Shown here piece after piece: positions 1 to 8,466 of a DNA stretch of 19,159 bases; positions within the stretch are counted from its first letter, which is position 1, and every line of letters begins with the position of its first letter. The notes beneath the pieces are model-generated. The model made no database searches. It saw nothing but the letters and a program-made list of their open reading frames with translations, and was not told the DNA's origin. The stretch is from Chlorokybus atmophyticus (lineage: Eukaryota; Plantae; Mesostigma and Chlorokybus algae), in assembly GCA_009103225.1 (NCBI GenBank), contig RHPI01003124.1:485934-505092 (forward strand), given 5' to 3'. Made by a program: the position numbers and the translations under genes.

Positions 1-59
<59 letters not shown>
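1..59. repeat. (GA)n microsatellite, truncated by the window start
   Basis: Pure GA dinucleotide run from 1 to 59. Confidence 0.99.
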
Positions 60-60
<1 letters not shown>

Positions 61-417
61 ATCCCCGTATGCACACATAGTAGCTTACCCTTTGATTACA
101 CGCTTGTTAATGACCATATATGGTCAATAGCATGCTATTAAACAATGTCCATTTGTACTCCTTCAAGGTCATGAAACAAGCCCGCATTCATGCATATAGC
201 AAGCTTTGCTAGCCCTCAAGCTGTTGTTGCTGATGTTCAGTGTTGCCACTGTTGCAAGTCAGTCGATATCACGCTACTTGCCGAGTTGTCACGTTACTTG
301 ACACAGATGGCTTGCTGTTCAGCTGAATTCAGCTAGTCTTATGTATATCCAGCTGTTTTCACTACTGGTTAGTGGTGCCACTGTTGGTCAGTTACTGTTT
401 GTCAAGCTGAAACATTG

Positions 418-550
418 GACAGTGCTTATGAGTCCTTAGGTCTCAGCAATGGAACGCATACGTCGTAGACGCTGACAACAGTGCCTATGAGCATCTAGAA
501 GCAATGGATTGCATATTTCGTAGACACTGGACAGTGCCTATGAGTCTTTA
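418..550. repeat. ~53-59 bp minisatellite, left part; interrupted by the chromovirus and the TRIM
   Basis: Degenerate units of ACAGTGCCTATGAGTCCTTAGGTCTCAGCAATGGA..GCATA.GTCGTAGACACTGG begin at 419, 478 and 531. The third unit resumes at 6604 once the element and one TSD copy are removed. Confidence 0.85.
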
Positions 551-1221
551 TGTGACGGTGCTCGTGCCTTGTCACCTGTGAGTTGGTCCAATCCACAACC
601 CTCTCACCAAGACACGGTATTCACACCGGAACCTTGCCCCCTCTGCCAAGCACACACGCGCGCCCCGCCACTCGCGTACGCACGCGCATGCGCTCGAAGC
701 TACACACCGACTTGTGTAGCGCCTTGGATCGTCACACAAGCAAGCACACACCAGTGGCCACACGCTAGCAACCCCTGCTAACCACCACCAAGCTTGCACA
801 CCAGAAACTAGGGAGCTAAAGGTTGTATTGCAAATTGTAGAATGTCACTTTTATACCTACCAGTCTGCACATGCTACTGTCTAGACGATTCTAGCGCTAG
901 ACGGAACTAGAAGCTAAGATATTCTTGCAGAATCTTGTAGTACACTTCTAGACCTTTCCAACGCACCAAAGATCTCCTAATTTGCTGCTCATATGGTCAA
1001 GTTATACTACTTGGCGCCAGGCCCTTCCAGAAATCTGGTCGAGCCCTTCTCGACTGGCCCTCCGTTTTCTGGCACCTTCCGGACTGGTCTTGGGGCCCCG
1101 GTCGTATCCGCGGCAGACTCATAACTCGCCGATATCCGCCACAAGTCATTAAAAACATGTACCCTACAAATAAAGCCTAAAACGGCCATGAAAATCACAG
1201 AATTTGGCCTTGACTGTTACA
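551..1221 (-). repeat. 3' LTR of the chromovirus (671 bp)
   Basis: Direct repeat of 5927-6598; reads TGTAACAG...CCGTCACA on the minus strand. I counted 4 substitutions and one 1-bp indel against the other LTR. TATAAAA on the minus strand at 849-855. Confidence 0.98.
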
Positions 1222-2566
1222 CTCCTCCCCCCCCAGGTGAGCTTCGTCCTCGAAGCTCGCGAGGTTGTCGTCGAGCAAGATAGGCACGCACAACGTCTTG
1301 AGCATTAGTCAAGTGTGCCTCTGGCTCCCAGGATGCTTCATGCAACGGATAGCCCTTCCATTTCACTAAGAACTTGCGTACGCCATGCACAAACTTCTCA
1401 CCAAGGATGTCTTCTACCTCCCACTCGGGTTCACCGTCCGTGCCAACTTCGGGGGGTGGCCTTTCTGGCGGTTGTCCTCGATATGCTTTCAGAAGGGAGA
1501 CGTGAAAAACGGGGTGCACACGCATGGTGTCGGGTAGCTCCAACTTGTACGCCACGTCCGAGATAACTTTGCTGACCTTAAATGGTCCCAACCAGCGTTC
1601 ATTCAGCTTGCGAACTCCCGTACGCACCTGGACGTGCTTCGCGGAGAGTAACACAATGTTGCCTTCCTGAAACGTGAGGTGTCGGCGATGCGCGTCCGCG
1701 TACTGCTTCTGCCGATTTTGTGCCACTAATAACGCATCCCTAGCTGCCTTGTTAATGTCTGCGCACTTTGTAAGGAAATCATTAGCTGCCTCCACACGCA
1801 CGTCATGTCGTCGCGGTGTCCATGCCGTCAACGGTGTCAATAGATGTTGCCCGTAGTTCATAAGGAAGGGAGTGACACCTGTGCTTGCATTGTGGTGGTT
1901 GTTGATCGCAAACTCAACCAACTCAAGCAGCTCCTCCCAATTGTCTTGTCGCGCGTTAACGTAGCAACGCAGCATGTCCTCGATCACACGGTTGGCCCGC
2001 TCCGTTTGCCCATCAGTTTGCGGGTGGAATGCCGTGCTAAACTTCAGTGTGGTACCCAGTGCACTATGCAGCGCCTCCCAAAACTTACTTGTAAAGCGCG
2101 GGTCGCGATCACTCACAATGCTTCGTGGTAATCCATGAGAACGAAATACATGCTTCACGAACAAGCGTGCTGCCTCCGGTGCCGTGCAAGACTCACTACA
2201 CGGTGCCAAGCGTACCATTTTGCTGGTTTTATCGACGAACACAAGTATAGCGTCGTACCCTTCTTTTGTCTTTGGTAGCCCCGTGATAAAGTCCATGGTA
2301 ACTTGCTCCCACTTGGACAATGGCACAGGGAGAGGTTGCAGCAACCCACCTGGCTTTTGGTTGCTTGCCTTCACCCTTTGGCATGCGTCGCACAACGCCA
2401 CGTAGTCGCGCACATCGCGATGCATCTCTCGCCAGTAAAAACGCTGTTTTAAGCTTGCCAAAGTCCTTTCCAACCCTTGGTGACCAGCAATGGGCACGTC
2501 ATGAGCTTCCTTCAGCAACTTCACACGGATATGCGCGTCGTTGGGGATGTACAAGCGCCCATGGTG
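1217..2566 (-). CDS. pol: Pol C-terminal part: integrase (HHCC, DDE, GPY/F) plus chromodomain; in frame with upstream pol but separated by one TAG
   Basis: H..GH...C..C zinc motif, MDFITGLP / SDRDPRF / TDGQTERAN catalytic motifs, WLGPFKV, and chromodomain EWEVEDIL...FLVKWKGYPLHEASWEPE. The stop lies inside the 3' LTR. Confidence 0.96.
   Translation of the reverse strand, partial: HHGRLYIPNDAHIRVKLLKEAHDVPIAGHQGLERTLASLKQRFYWREMHRDVRDYVALCDACQRVKASNQKPGGLLQPLPVPLSKWEQVTMDFITGLPKTKEGYDAILVFVDKTSKMVRLAPCSESCTAPEAARLFVKHVFRSHGLPRSIVSDRDPRFTSKFWEALHSALGTTLKFSTAFHPQTDGQTERANRVIEDMLRCYVNARQDNWEELLELVEFAINNHHNASTGVTPFLMNYGQHLLTPLTAWTPRRHDVRVEAANDFLTKCADINKAARDALLVAQNRQKQYADAHRRHLTFQEGNIVLLSAKHVQVRTGVRKLNERWLGPFKVSKVISDVAYKLELPDTMRVHPVFHVSLLKAYRGQPPERPPPEVGTDGEPEWEVEDILGEKFVHGVRKFLVKWKGYPLHEASWEPEAHLTNAQDVVRAYLARRQPRELRGRSSPGGGGV
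1222..1234 (-). promoter_or_regulatory. Polypurine tract of the chromovirus
   Basis: GGGGGGGGAGGAG on the minus strand directly precedes the TG of the 3' LTR. Confidence 0.93.
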
Positions 2567-4750
2567 CTACAGCAGCCCGTCGCGCATTGACCAGTGCCCA
2601 CTTGTGTCCGTAGCTGTATTTTTCAGCTCTTGCAACACTTTCATACCCTCCGTGTCTTCACGAAGCACTTGCCGAATCTGGTCGGTCCACTCGGGCTGCA
2701 CTTGAGCGAGTGCCTCAATTGCATTAAGCCGGCTCAGCGCGTCAGCAACACCATTTGACGTACCGGGCTTGTACTTGATATCGAAGTCAAAAAGTTGAAA
2801 GAACTCAAGCCATCGAGCTTGTCTGCGACTCAGATGAGGTTGTGTTTGTAAGTACCTCAGTGGAGAGTGATCCGTCTCAAGCACGAACTTTTTGCCTTCC
2901 AGAAAACAACGCCATTGTCGTAGCGCCATGACTTGCGCTAAAAGTTCCTTCTCGTGCACGGGGTAATTCAGCTCCGCACCACTCATCTTCTTGCTGAAGA
3001 ATGCTACTGGTTGAAGGCCGTTGCCATGGTCTTGCTGCAAAACAGCTCCTACGGCTGTGTCGGACGCGTCGCAAGCCAAAATAAATGTCTTTTCCATGTT
3101 GGGGTGAGCCAGGACTGGTGCCTCCGTCAGCGCCTTCTTCAACGCAGCAAATGCATGTTCCTCTGTTGCTGACCAGCTCCAATGCTTTCCCTTCTTGAGT
3201 AGGGTAGTCAAGGGAGCAGCTATGCGCGAAAACCCCATGATAAACTTGCGATAATACCCCGCAAGGCCTAAAAAGGACATCACCTCCTTTACATTGGTCG
3301 GGGCAGCCCACTCGCGCACCACCTGCACTTTGTTGGGGTCCGGCTTGATGCCTTCATGCGACACAATGTGGCCTAGGTACTCCACCTCTCGAAGCAAGAA
3401 TTTGCACTTCTGTAGCTGGGCGTACAACTTGTGTTCGCGCAAACGCTGCAACACGCGCCGTAGAAGTGCCACGTGCTCCTCCTTTGTTGTCGCGTACACC
3501 AAAATGTCGTCGAGGTACACGAGGACTCCCTTACCAATCAAGTCAGCAAAAACGCTGTTCATAAGCGTTTGAAATGTTGCCGGTGCGTTCGTAAGTCCGA
3601 AGGACATGACCAACCACTCGTAGTGCCCATAACGTGTGTTAAAAGCTGTTTTCTCCACATCCTCGGGCGCGATGCGAATTTGGTGATAACCTCCAGCAAG
3701 ATCAAGTGTTGTGAAGTACTGCGCACCTTGCAATTGCTCCAGCAACTCGTCGATACGTGGGAGTGGAAAGCAATTCCTCTTCGTGATGTTGTTGAGAGCT
3801 CGGTAGTCGACGCACATGCGCAAGCTCCCGTTCTTCTTTCGTACAAACAAAATAGGTGCACCATAGGGGGACTTACTAGGCCTGATGTAGCCTCTTTCCA
3901 GCAAGTCCGCCACCTGCCTCTCGGCCTCTTCCAGTTCCAAAGGTGACAACTTGTATACGGGTCGATACGGTGGCTTGTGCACGCCCTCAATCAGCTCCAC
4001 ACGGTGGTCTACGCTCCGTGGAGGTGGTAGACCAGATGGAAGTCCGTCCACCATGATATCTTGGTATTCTTTAACAAGTTTACACACCTCGGGGTCCATA
4101 GTAGCCGTCTGAACATCGTCACTCAGCTCTGGTGCTGACTTTGCAGTGTTTTCGCGCACCACGCACAACCATGCAGCCTTTGCCTTCCGTGGAGACAATA
4201 ACTTCCTCAATTGCACATAAGAGATCTGGGCAATTGTCGTACCACCTAATTGTGCGTGCCGCGCCTCGATGACGTCCGATGCAGCTTGAATGGACTCTCC
4301 ACCGTTTCGCTCGATGGTGAGCACGCGCTTCCTCCAATTGATGGCTGGATTATGTTGCCATAGCCACGGTAGTCCCAAAATCCCATCAAACCCGTTCCGT
4401 AGGGTGATGCAGCAAAACCGCATGCTCTCCTTCATCTTCCCAATGCGAACGCACAACTCTTTGGTCATAAACGCAGCGCCATCACCTCCAGAGGGTGGCT
4501 CTCCATCAGCGAGCTTCACTTCACCTCCTCGTAATGACGAAAGCCAACCGTAACGCCGCGCGATATCAATACTCATGAAGTTGCTGTTGGCACCGCTATC
4601 AATCATGAGCTTACACTCTCTCCATCGTCCTTGGTCATCGCAAATGTGTGCTCGAAGCCCGAAGTACTTTGTTGTCTCCTCGTTTGCATAACTCACCACC
4701 ATTGGCGCGTTCAAAGCCATCTCTTCTTGCTTCTTTAATGGAAATGTCAC
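2567..4750 (-). CDS. pol: Pol N-terminal part: aspartic protease, reverse transcriptase, RNase H
   Basis: LMIDSGANSNF (protease), LRMCVDYRALN and VLVYLDDILV (RT), LACDASDTAVGAVL and ETDHSPL (RNase H). The frame stays open upstream to 4864 and overlaps the end of gag in the -1 frame. Confidence 0.97.
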   Translation of the reverse strand: MTFPLKKQEEMALNAPMVVSYANEETTKYFGLRAHICDDQGRWRECKLMIDSGANSNFMSIDIARRYGWLSSLRGGEVKLADGEPPSGGDGAAFMTKELCVRIGKMKESMRFCCITLRNGFDGILGLPWLWQHNPAINWRKRVLTIERNGGESIQAASDVIEARHAQLGGTTIAQISYVQLRKLLSPRKAKAAWLCVVRENTAKSAPELSDDVQTATMDPEVCKLVKEYQDIMVDGLPSGLPPPRSVDHRVELIEGVHKPPYRPVYKLSPLELEEAERQVADLLERGYIRPSKSPYGAPILFVRKKNGSLRMCVDYRALNNITKRNCFPLPRIDELLEQLQGAQYFTTLDLAGGYHQIRIAPEDVEKTAFNTRYGHYEWLVMSFGLTNAPATFQTLMNSVFADLIGKGVLVYLDDILVYATTKEEHVALLRRVLQRLREHKLYAQLQKCKFLLREVEYLGHIVSHEGIKPDPNKVQVVREWAAPTNVKEVMSFLGLAGYYRKFIMGFSRIAAPLTTLLKKGKHWSWSATEEHAFAALKKALTEAPVLAHPNMEKTFILACDASDTAVGAVLQQDHGNGLQPVAFFSKKMSGAELNYPVHEKELLAQVMALRQWRCFLEGKKFVLETDHSPLRYLQTQPHLSRRQARWLEFFQLFDFDIKYKPGTSNGVADALSRLNAIEALAQVQPEWTDQIRQVLREDTEGMKVLQELKNTATDTSGHWSMRDGLL

Positions 4751-4765
4751 AGCATCCGTCCGTGC

Positions 4766-4825
4766 ATGAGGCTCCTTCCTATCCCCAGCAGTAGCCTCCT
4801 CACCTACTGGGGGAAGTCGTTTTCC
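4766..4825 (-). promoter_or_regulatory. Candidate -1 ribosomal frameshift signal (G GAA AAC plus downstream pseudoknot)
   Basis: Heptamer at 4825-4819 within the gag/pol overlap, followed by a stem containing the gag stop and a loop (GUGAGG) that can pair with CCUCAU downstream. Confidence 0.7.
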
Positions 4826-5883
4826 TGCTCCACGCCATTTTGCTCCATGGTGTTGACGCGACGATCACGGCGAGGGTTGCCATCCGGTGTTGGCCTTTGC
4901 GTGCTTCGTTTGGGGCATCCGTACGCCAAATGCTCCGTCGACCCACACGCATAACACTTGCGCACACCTTTACCTCTTTCACCACGTCCGCCGTGCTTCG
5001 CCTCACTTCCATGCGTGTGTATGGCACCCACCTCCATTGGTGCAGGCCCAGAGTCAGCTCCACCTCCATTGGCAAGTGCTGAACTTGGTTCTCCTCGTCT
5101 CCATGCATGTTGAAAGCCTCCCCGGGGCTGATCACCATGCCTTTGCCTCCAGTCAGTGTTTCTTGTGGTGGACTTGAAGTACAACGCGTCGAGACGCTCC
5201 GCGATGCGTATAGCCTCCGCGAGTGTCTTCGGGTCCCGTAGCTCCACTTCTTTACGCCCCAAAGGTTTTAAACCACGTGTATACCTGTCCAACTGCTCCT
5301 CCTCGGTCATATTGGGTATGGACATCACCAATCGCTGAAACGCGGCCGTGTACGCCATCACCGACCCCATTTGCACAAGGGCTGCAAGTTTGTCGCGTGC
5401 GGCCTTCACGCTCTCAACGGGAACAAATTGATGCCTGACCTCCAGTGCCAACTCTTCCATGGTGGTCAATGGTAGCGCCAACCCGTTTGCAACACGCGTA
5501 CATCGATGCCTCCACCACACAAGTGCTGCACCTTCAAGCAATGTCGCTGCAACCTCCACGTGCAGATGCGTGGGCACCTCCGTGAGCTTCAACCAAGACG
5601 ATACTTGAAAAATCCATTCATCCACTGCATCTCCATCACGTTGACCCCTGAATGGCTTGGGCTTTGGCACCTTCACATGCACGCGCGAGCTTGATGCCAT
5701 GGGAATTTGTACACGCGCCATCGCATGCTCATACGCCTCGCGTTGTGCTTGTGCCGCCGCTTGAGTGTGATGAAGCTCTTCCCTCAGTGCCAAGATGGCA
5801 GCTTGAAGCTCTTCCATGCGAGCATCCTCCATCTCCACTAACACACTACACTCCGCTTCCGAATGAAAAGTGTAAACGCCCAC
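4804..5883 (-). CDS. gag: Gag (capsid plus CCHC zinc knuckle); the true start may be the later ATG of MEDARMEE
   Basis: PKPFRGQRD..VDEWIFQV and LVQMGSVMAYTAAFQRL capsid motifs, knuckle CYACGSTEHLAYGC, and position immediately after the PBS. Confidence 0.95.
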   Translation of the reverse strand: MGVYTFHSEAECSVLVEMEDARMEELQAAILALREELHHTQAAAQAQREAYEHAMARVQIPMASSSRVHVKVPKPKPFRGQRDGDAVDEWIFQVSSWLKLTEVPTHLHVEVAATLLEGAALVWWRHRCTRVANGLALPLTTMEELALEVRHQFVPVESVKAARDKLAALVQMGSVMAYTAAFQRLVMSIPNMTEEEQLDRYTRGLKPLGRKEVELRDPKTLAEAIRIAERLDALYFKSTTRNTDWRQRHGDQPRGGFQHAWRRGEPSSALANGGGADSGPAPMEVGAIHTHGSEAKHGGRGERGKGVRKCYACGSTEHLAYGCPKRSTQRPTPDGNPRRDRRVNTMEQNGVEQENDFPQ

Positions 5884-5906
5884 ACACTTCCTCTCTCACC
5901 TTCGTA

Positions 5907-5924
5907 AACCGTGCTCCGATACCA
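5907..5924 (-). promoter_or_regulatory. Primer-binding site, initiator tRNA-Met type
   Basis: TGGTATCGGAGCACGGTT on the minus strand, 2 nt after the 5' LTR. The canonical plant iMet PBS begins TGGTATCAGAGC. Confidence 0.9.
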
Positions 5925-5926
5925 GT

Positions 5927-6598
5927 TGTGACGGTGCTCGTGCCTTGTCACCTGTGAGTTGGTCCAATCCACAACCCTCTCACCAAGACACGGTATTCAC
6001 ACCGGAACCTTGCCCCCTCTGCCAAGCACACACGCGCGCCCCGCCACTCGCGTACGCACGCGCATGCGCTCGAAGCTACACACCGACTTGTGTAGCGCCT
6101 TGGATCGTCACACAAGCAAGCACACACCAGTGGCCACACGCTAGCAACCCCTGCTAACCACCACCAAGCTTGCACACCAGAAACTAGGGAGCTAAAGGTT
6201 GTATTGCAAATTGTAGAATGTCACTTTTATACCTACCAGTCTGCACATGCTACTGTCTAGACGATTCTAGCGCTAGACGGAACTAGAAGCTAAGATATTC
6301 TTGCATAATCTTGTAGTAAACCTCTAGACCTTTCCAACGCACCAAAGATCTCCTAATTTGCTGCTCATATGGTCAAGTTATACTACTTGGCGCCAGGCCC
6401 TTCCAGAAATCTGGTCGAGCCCTTCTCGACTGGCCCTCCGTTTTCTGGCACCTTCCGGACTGGTCTTGGGGCCCCGGTCGATATCCGCGGCAGACTCATA
6501 ACTCGCCGATATCCGCCACAAGTCATTAAAAACATGTACCTTACAAATAAAGCCTAAAACGGCCATGAAAATCACAGAATTTGGCCTTGACTGTTACA
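5927..6598 (-). repeat. 5' LTR of the chromovirus (672 bp)
   Basis: Direct repeat of 551-1221, followed on the minus strand by the PBS. TATAAAA on the minus strand at 6225-6231. Confidence 0.98.
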
Positions 6599-6644
6599 CT
6601 TTAGGTCACAGCAATGGAGTGCATAAGTCGTAGACACTGGACAG
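6599..6644. repeat. Minisatellite, middle part between the two insertions
   Basis: CTTTAGGTCACAGCAATGGAGTGCATAAGTCGTAGACACTGGACAG completes the unit begun at 531 and starts the next. Confidence 0.85.
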
Positions 6645-7152
6645 TGTAACAGACCACTAGGCCACAAAAGCACGAAGTGTGTTTTTGCGGCCATTGTGGC
6701 GTTATAATTTAATCGTCCGTGACATTCCCCCCCACTTAGGTATCTAATGTCCTCATTAGATGTGAGTTTTTACAGGGCTTCTCGTCACTGAGCAGTGGAA
6801 GCGATTTTGCAATCATCACTGAGCAGTCGCAGCGCGCATTGCGCGTATGGGACCGACTGTCAGTCGCCGTCAGGCAAGTCGCGCAGTACTACCCAGCGGC
6901 GGCTCCAGGTACGCGCGACGCGTCAGAATGTCCGACTGCCGTCCGGCAAGTCGCGCATTGACGCGCGACCCATTATGGATCGATAACAACAACCTCAAAA
7001 ATCCTTCTTGGTCTACCGCTGCCAGGCGGTTTCGACCTCAGGACCTTTTTGGTCTCAAGCTCCGATGACCAATGTAACAGACCACTAGGCCACAAAAGCA
7101 CGAAGTGTGTTTTTGCGGCCATTGTGGCGTTATAATTTAATCGTCCGTGACA
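6645..7152 (-). mobile_element. TRIM (terminal-repeat retrotransposon in miniature), 508 bp, non-coding
   Basis: Identical 80-bp TG...CA LTRs (6645-6724, 7073-7152), TSD GACAG (6640-6644, 7153-7157), PBS-like TGGTCATCGGAGC (7071-7059), PPT GGGGGGGAA (6733-6725). Confidence 0.95.
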
Positions 7153-7235
7153 GACAGTGCCTATGAGTCCTTAAGTCTCAGCTATGGAAATGCATAAGTC
7201 GTAGAGTGTCTTAGACGGTGCCAGCTTATGAGACC
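7153..7235. repeat. Minisatellite, right part
   Basis: GACAGTGCCTATGAGTCCTTAAGTCTCAGCTATGGAAATGCATAAGTCGTAGA, then a decayed partial unit from about 7215. Confidence 0.8.
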
Positions 7236-7769
7236 AAAGCAGCTTTTTGAACATGTGGACATCCTTATAACTTTTGCTTGGCAGAGCACATCTGGCATAT
7301 TTCATACGACGCCAATGGACTTATGGGAGGGGCGTTAAAGAAGAACGAGGTGAACGCCAAGGACAGTCCAGGGAGCAGCGGGTCCAGCTCTGTGCGCATG
7401 CTTGAGAAGCAGAGCGAACTGCCAAACACGGCACAGCTGCTCGTCGCCGGTCTGTAGGGTGGGGCAAAGTTTTCAGCCCTGACGATTATAGCCCTTCGCA
7501 GACAGTCGTTTTGTGGTGCCCCTTGAGCGACGGGCCCCTTCCAAATGACGTGCTACGGGCTACTTGGCTTAAATTCGGGTAAGGACTGTGTGCGCGCATG
7601 TATGATTGCAACCCTGAACTGTGACAACTCCACTAGAAGTGAAGCAAGCTGAATGTACAGCTGTTGTGTTGTGTTATCTAATACGATGCTTGTTCATGAG
7701 GTGCAAACATGCAAACAATTACGACCGAGACAAAGTCTTTGACATCGATATGCAATCCTTAAGTCGTGA

Positions 7770-7966
7770 CTGTCGTGCCAAATCCTATCGTTGCGCGAGG
7801 ATGTCGTCCACCAGCTCGTCATGGCCTCATCATGCTGCACCTTTTCCACCTTCACATGTTGTAGCTTCCTCCATGCATGTCTGCTAGCTCAGGATCCTCC
7901 CGAAGCTGCCCCACTAGTGTACATACTCATACACATGACACAACACTCACAACAAGCGCGTATTAC
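7770..7966 (-). repeat. Repeat B2 (197 bp)
   Basis: Matches 8467-8663 at offset 697. Confidence 0.96.
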
Positions 7967-7970
7967 TCAC

Positions 7971-8465
7971 AACAAGCGCGTGTCTTAGCCAACCTAGACT
8001 CAAGCACGGGCTTCTATACTTGCAATTGGCATGTGATGCACGGGGAGATGAGGCTAAGTCCGTTCGCAAGGTGTGGCACACGCTCATACACTTCACACAA
8101 GCATATCCATGCACGTGCACACTCAAGGCAAGCACACAAGCAAGGCAAGTTGAGGCCTCTCCAAGTAGCTGTATGCTCCCAATAGAACAAGGGACTTGCG
8201 CTCAACTAGCTGCAACACAAGTCAAGAACACTTACATACCCTCCTACCATGCCTCCACAACCGTTTTAACCACTTTAGCTGCCACAACTACCATACAACT
8301 CCCAAATCAGTCATAACCAGCGATTTTCAGTCACATGTGAGTCCTACCAGCGTAATTGAGTTACACCTCGATGTAATGACCGTAACTCAGCTCTATCTCA
8401 TGAAATATGACCTCAAAAGCCCTCATAATCGATGCGTTGCGCCACCGACACGCACGCGCATGACA
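7971..8465 (-). repeat. Repeat A2 (495 bp)
   Basis: Matches 11452-11946 at offset 3481. Confidence 0.96.
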
Positions 8466-8466
8466 G

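Larger units (their letters stand above)
551..6598 (-). mobile_element. Full-length Ty3/Gypsy LTR retrotransposon, chromovirus (Chlamyvir-like by inference)
   Basis: Two ~99% identical TG...CA LTRs, 5-bp TSD CTTTA (546-550 and 6599-6603), PBS, PPT, and domain order gag-PR-RT-RH-IN-chromodomain. Confidence 0.98.

Noticed and set aside
569-1198. Small ORFs in the chromovirus LTRs (also duplicated at 5945-6575)
   Set aside because: 60-75 aa with no motifs; they recur only because the LTR is repeated.
2561-2569. Programmed stop-codon readthrough at the pol TAG
   Set aside because: The context TAG CAC CAT fits the CARYYA readthrough motif poorly, and a Tyr codon is expected at this position. Kept only as a testable alternative.
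3473-3946. Plus-strand ORFs antisense to pol and gag (also 10503-11072 and 10744-11280)
   Set aside because: Shadow ORFs of GC-rich coding sequence with no recognisable domains.
6795-7068. ORFs inside the TRIM
   Set aside because: Short, Arg/Ser-rich, start at non-ATG codons and show no retroelement motifs.
418-7235. ~57-bp repeats as a CRISPR array
   Set aside because: Units are degenerate along their full length with no unique spacers, there are no cas genes, and the context is eukaryotic.
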